NCBI GenBank assembly: GCA_040357565.1
Contig: JBDODJ010000110.1
Length of the DNA: 37,364 nucleotides
Source: Cercozoa sp. M6MM
Taxonomy: Eukaryota > Protista > Endomyxa: Ascetosporea
Reading direction: 5' to 3' (one strand)
In this document: positions 33,402 through 37,364 of the stretch, piece by piece
How the letters are laid out: each line of letters opens with the position of its first letter
How positions within the stretch are numbered: the first letter of the stretch is position 1
Translations under genes and position numbers: made by a program
The notes under the pieces: generated by a model
What the model saw: the letters and a program-made list of their open reading frames with translations, nothing else
What the model was told of the DNA's origin: nothing
Databases searched by the model: none

Positions 33402-36400
33402 AGGCTAGAGGTACTGTACCAGCATGAGCGGGTAGTCGATGTCGGAGAAGCCGAGTCCCCTACTCCAACAAAACAAATATTCTTCACACACAGCATACTC
33501 TCAAGAACGTCTCGTCTATACCACTGCTGAATCGTGTCGATGTCAATGTCCTGCTTGAGTAAGCTAGCCCGTAGCACCTCGACTACTATGCCAGGCAAGT
33601 CGCTCTGCAACAACGTTGTTGCCAGTCGCAGCAAGGTATCCTGACGCAGCGTAATGCGATGCGCCAGTTGCTGCCACCAGCATTGCGTGCGTGGCATGAC
33701 CAGAGGCGCAGCTGGAGGCTGTGGTTCTTGTAAATTTAGCATCCTGGCGACGTCTCGTGTGATCAAAGTCACGAGTTTCTTCTGCTCACATACCGCGCGG
33801 AAGCCTGTAGTACAACTAATTAAGTTGACTCAAGAGATACCAGGAAGTCGAAACAGCAGCCAACGTCTTCTGTAAGAAGACTCGATATTTCTTCTCCGTC
33901 GGCTCCTACAAAGTAAGTACGGAGTTTGTGACTTATCATAAAAACACGTTTGTCAAACTTACCGAGTGCCGCGTCATTCAACTATACCCAACACATGCAC
34001 GTAGTGCTGGATATTGGTGCTGACAAATAAAGAGTACCTTCTTCTTCAACCTGTCGAGCATTCTGACGATGCACTGTGCCTGTGCTCGCAAAGGTTGCGA
34101 CCCATCAGGTTTCAGTTGAGAAAGCAAGATGTAAGTATCCGATACTAAAATTTACCGTTTTAATTCCTTCGGTGTTCCGACCTGCAGAATTGGACACACA
34201 GTGTGATATTATTAAAGGAGGTGTCAAGCAGGGTGACTTACGGAGCAGCACGTCGGCAAGCAGGCTCTTCCACGACCCAGCTGGCCAGACTGATCACAAA
34301 CGGGATTCACACGCTAAGTCGAAAAAGAAGTAGGTGTACGCTGGACTTGCATGGCAGGCACGTGTTGCCCAAGCACGGCAAAGAAGTCGTTCTGCCAGTT
34401 CATAAATTTACATCGGCAGTTCAGTTGGAAGGGGGAAGTAAAATGCAGGTGAGTTATATTACCCAAGCCACGTGAGACGACACCTGCTGTCGCAGCAGTT
34501 CGAGCAACCGACCGACAATTTCTCGTTGTGCGGCCGCTTTGTCTGTCGCATCTTGCATTCCGCACACGACTAAACTCAAGCAGAAAAGCGTCTTTGACTG
34601 TAAACTTACTCAGATCTAGAGAATCCAAGGAACCTTCGAGCAAGTCGGCAACGCTGCGGAGACGCGGCTCAACAAAGTTGAGCAACAGTCCTCTGGGAAA
34701 GGCACAAACAATTCAAAGAGCAACTGAAGGCATAGGGACAACTGACTGTGCGCCTTTCACTTGACTGGACAGCTCCGTCAGCACTGGTCGGAGTGATTCC
34801 AGCATATCAGCCACCTGGACGAAAAAGGGAAGTGCTACTGTTCTTACAGTACAGCAGGCTGCTCAAAAGTGCATGGAAAACTACCTCTGTGATGATTCGA
34901 GGAACCACTCCGCAGCTGATAACGCGCTCTCCTCCTGCCTCTGTTAGAAGGGTTAATTGACGGGTTTGTGCAGGCAGAAAGTAGTTGACTGGACGAGTAC
35001 CTCGCAACAGTCTCGACAAGTTGTTTAGGTGAGCATTGAACGCGTGATCTCTTTGCATAACTTGGTCGGTGAATGTCGAGAGTTCCGTGAAACCCTTCGC
35101 CCTATAAATTAATCAAATCAATAAAGGTTTTAAAAAGGAAATTTCAATTTAAGCCCTCCCCATTTTAGCACTACAATTATAGGTTATTATGATTTTTACC
35201 ACGTCCCATACGTCGTTAATGTTCTACCCGTCCAGGCAGCGGGAGAGCTGAGCAATTTTCCAACGCACCAGATAAATAAATAAAGACTGATGATATGGCG
35301 AAAGGTAAAGGAACTGTAGAGCACGCGTGACTGCGTCGATACTGTCGGCAGTGCGTAAAAGCGTGGTCTGCACCGTCTCGTGGTCGTCCTGTTGTGCCAG
35401 TGCAGTGCATTAAAATATCTAAAGCAGCACAGACCCTACCTGTTGAGTCCTAATCTGCTTCAGCTTGTGGAACGCCCCCTCGTACTGCGGTCCCAGGAGG
35501 TACAGGATCCACTGCAGCCACTTGGGTTGCTTAGTTGTCTCTTTCTGTACGCCCTCCCCTGAGCGTGTCCAGTGAATTACGCAACACGAAATTGTCAGTG
35601 GACAGCGATTGAACTACAGTTGATGCCGGCCAGCAGTTGCCCTGCGTCTTCCACCACACTGCAAACAAAGCACACATACAAATCCTCTCGCTTATGTAGC
35701 ACCCAATCGATACAGAAACACAGCATACGCGGTCACGAGTTGCGCCCAGGTGTCCGGGTGGATCTAAACCAGTACCAGAAAATAAAGTAAATTTACTGAA
35801 GTGAAATTAACAACTGACAGAGTAGCTTTACCAGTTCATGTAGGAGAGCACGGTCGTCTGGAGTCTCCTGTGCAAGTTCTTGCAACTGCTGCAACACTGC
35901 GCTTGGCGGTCTTGGTGTCGGCGAAGGCACGGTGTCCTACAGAGTCAGAATGTCTGAGTGTATATTCGGTTGAGGGGGACTAAACTTAGTACCACAGCAT
36001 CCACTCGAACAAGAACAGGAGCCTGTGGGGTCTCCTGACCTGTCGATAAGGCCTCGGCGTGAACACGGGCATGTGTTTTTGACTCTGGCGGTAGCAGCTC
36101 AAACAGCACCATCACCAGCACTTCATAGGGATGGTGACCCGGCGGTGTACGTTTGTCCTCTCGAGTGTTGCGTTCGGTACCCACATGGACTTGATACACT
36201 GGGTGTGGCTACAGTAAATGTCAACAATACACTCTCAGTAGACATCTACTGTAAGCTAGGAGGGTGCTGTACCAAGGGTTTATCGGAGAGACCAGTCAGC
36301 ACACGGATGATAGTGGAACTAGTCTGCCATTTCAATCATAATTCCTCTCAGTGACAGCATCATTGGCAGTGCTTTGTGCTGTAAATTTACCAGCTTGCTG

Positions 36401-37299
36401 AACTTGCGCAGATCGGTGAGAGTCTTTGCGTAGCCAGGCGTGACAAGATTTTTTCCTGGAAGAGCAGCATGGCTGATATCGCTGCTGGCAGACAACGCCG
36501 CAACCACTGTGCCCACACGTGCAGCAGATTAGAAGTATTAAGATGGGGTCAAGTTCTTGGAGGACGCTCTTACCACGACGCAAAACTGTCGCTTTGTCTG
36601 GCAGTGGAAGTGTGTCACGCTGGCGCCGCAGTGCCTCCAGGGCCTAAGTCGTGTACTTTATGTACATCACACTTTTCATAAACTAGAAAATTTGTCTCAT
36701 CTACCTTAAAGGCTGCTTCCTTCGGGTTCCCGCTCCATTGATTGAAGCTCTCAGTCATCTGCCAGATTCATCAAGTAATTGCCAAGTGAAATACGGTACG
36801 GGATGGGAAAGGGAACGAAGGAAAACTAAAACGTACTCCGACACAGGCACCGTCGGGAATGTCGTACAGCGAGCACAGTGTTGTCAGCACAAAGACCTAC
36901 CGTTGACACAGAGCAGCTTTGCATTCATAGATGAGACACTAACTCTGCCCGTACGATAGAGGGTACCAGGCGCTGGTTGTCTTTTCCGCTTCTTTGGAGC
37001 TTTTCGGTCAGTTCGTTGTGACGGTTTCCAGCCAGCACATCCTGCGCTGCTTGAAGCAGTTGAGGGTACTGGTCCTGGCCATGCTCTGTCCAGATCCAAC
37101 ATCACTCCGCGCGGCTGTGAATGCTACAGTGGAGTGTAAGTTTACCGGGCGGCTGCAACACATCCGCGGCTGTGATATCGCGGTGCATTAGAGGGCACTG
37201 CAACGTGCATCTGGATCCAACTGGGGTGCATTGCGGCCACATCGGCATGCATTCAGATGCTTCCGCCACCGCTACAATGTGATTTACTAAATAGCGCAC
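32052..37299 (-). CDS. Large multi-exon hypothetical helical protein; 5' end and several exon boundaries uncertain, may extend past the window or be more than one gene
   Basis: A series of minus-strand exon-like frames bounded by GT/AG (e.g. QPKWLQWILYLLGPQYEGAFHKLK, LLNFVEPRLRSVADLL, LRQDTLLRLATTLLQSDLPG, LLHDFDALFLLNRTPHDLAL). No family recognised. Confidence 0.45.
33192..33399. repeat. (TG)n/(CA)n intronic microsatellite spanning a 100-N gap (33246-33345)
   Basis: Pure TG repeat on both sides of the N run. Confidence 0.95.
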
Positions 37300-37364
37300 T
37301 AAATTTAGTCGATTACAAGTATCTTCCTACAGTAATAGTTCAAGCCTAAATTTATGTATTACAG

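Noticed and set aside
1-37364. Alternative genetic code or widespread non-canonical introns
   Set aside because: Conserved genes end in TAA, TAG and TGA, and the in-frame stops I examined in them are removed by ordinary GT-AG introns (one likely GC-AG).

Overview
Compact, intron-rich eukaryotic (protist-like) DNA read with the standard code, mostly 50-110 nt GT-AG introns, and three 100-N scaffold gaps. Manual splicing gives about 13 genes: importin-beta (3' part), a Ubl/RRM-like orphan, SNRNP27, a GT34 glycosyltransferase, PA2G4/Ebp1, an RCC1-repeat plus coiled-coil protein, an orphan, a NEK-like kinase, TSNAXIP1, TMEM94/ERMA, a 4-TM RGS protein, a DUSP-fold pseudophosphatase and a large orphan. 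The strongest novelty candidate is 26066-29042: a spliced 786-aa membrane protein with two tandem TM-helical ectodomain-TM modules resembling bacterial chemoreceptor four-helix-bundle (4HB_MCP-type) sensors, joined directly to an RGS domain, i.e. a putative ligand-sensing receptor-GAP for heterotrimeric G proteins. Other notable items are a Cys-to-Gly pseudophosphatase carrying RVxF and SILK PP1-docking motifs, an RCC1/ODA-docking-complex-like fusion, a TMEM94 lacking the P-domain Asp, and repeat-filled introns, two of which are mutually complementary. Family assignments rest on motif recognition from memory; no searches were run and exon boundaries are manual.
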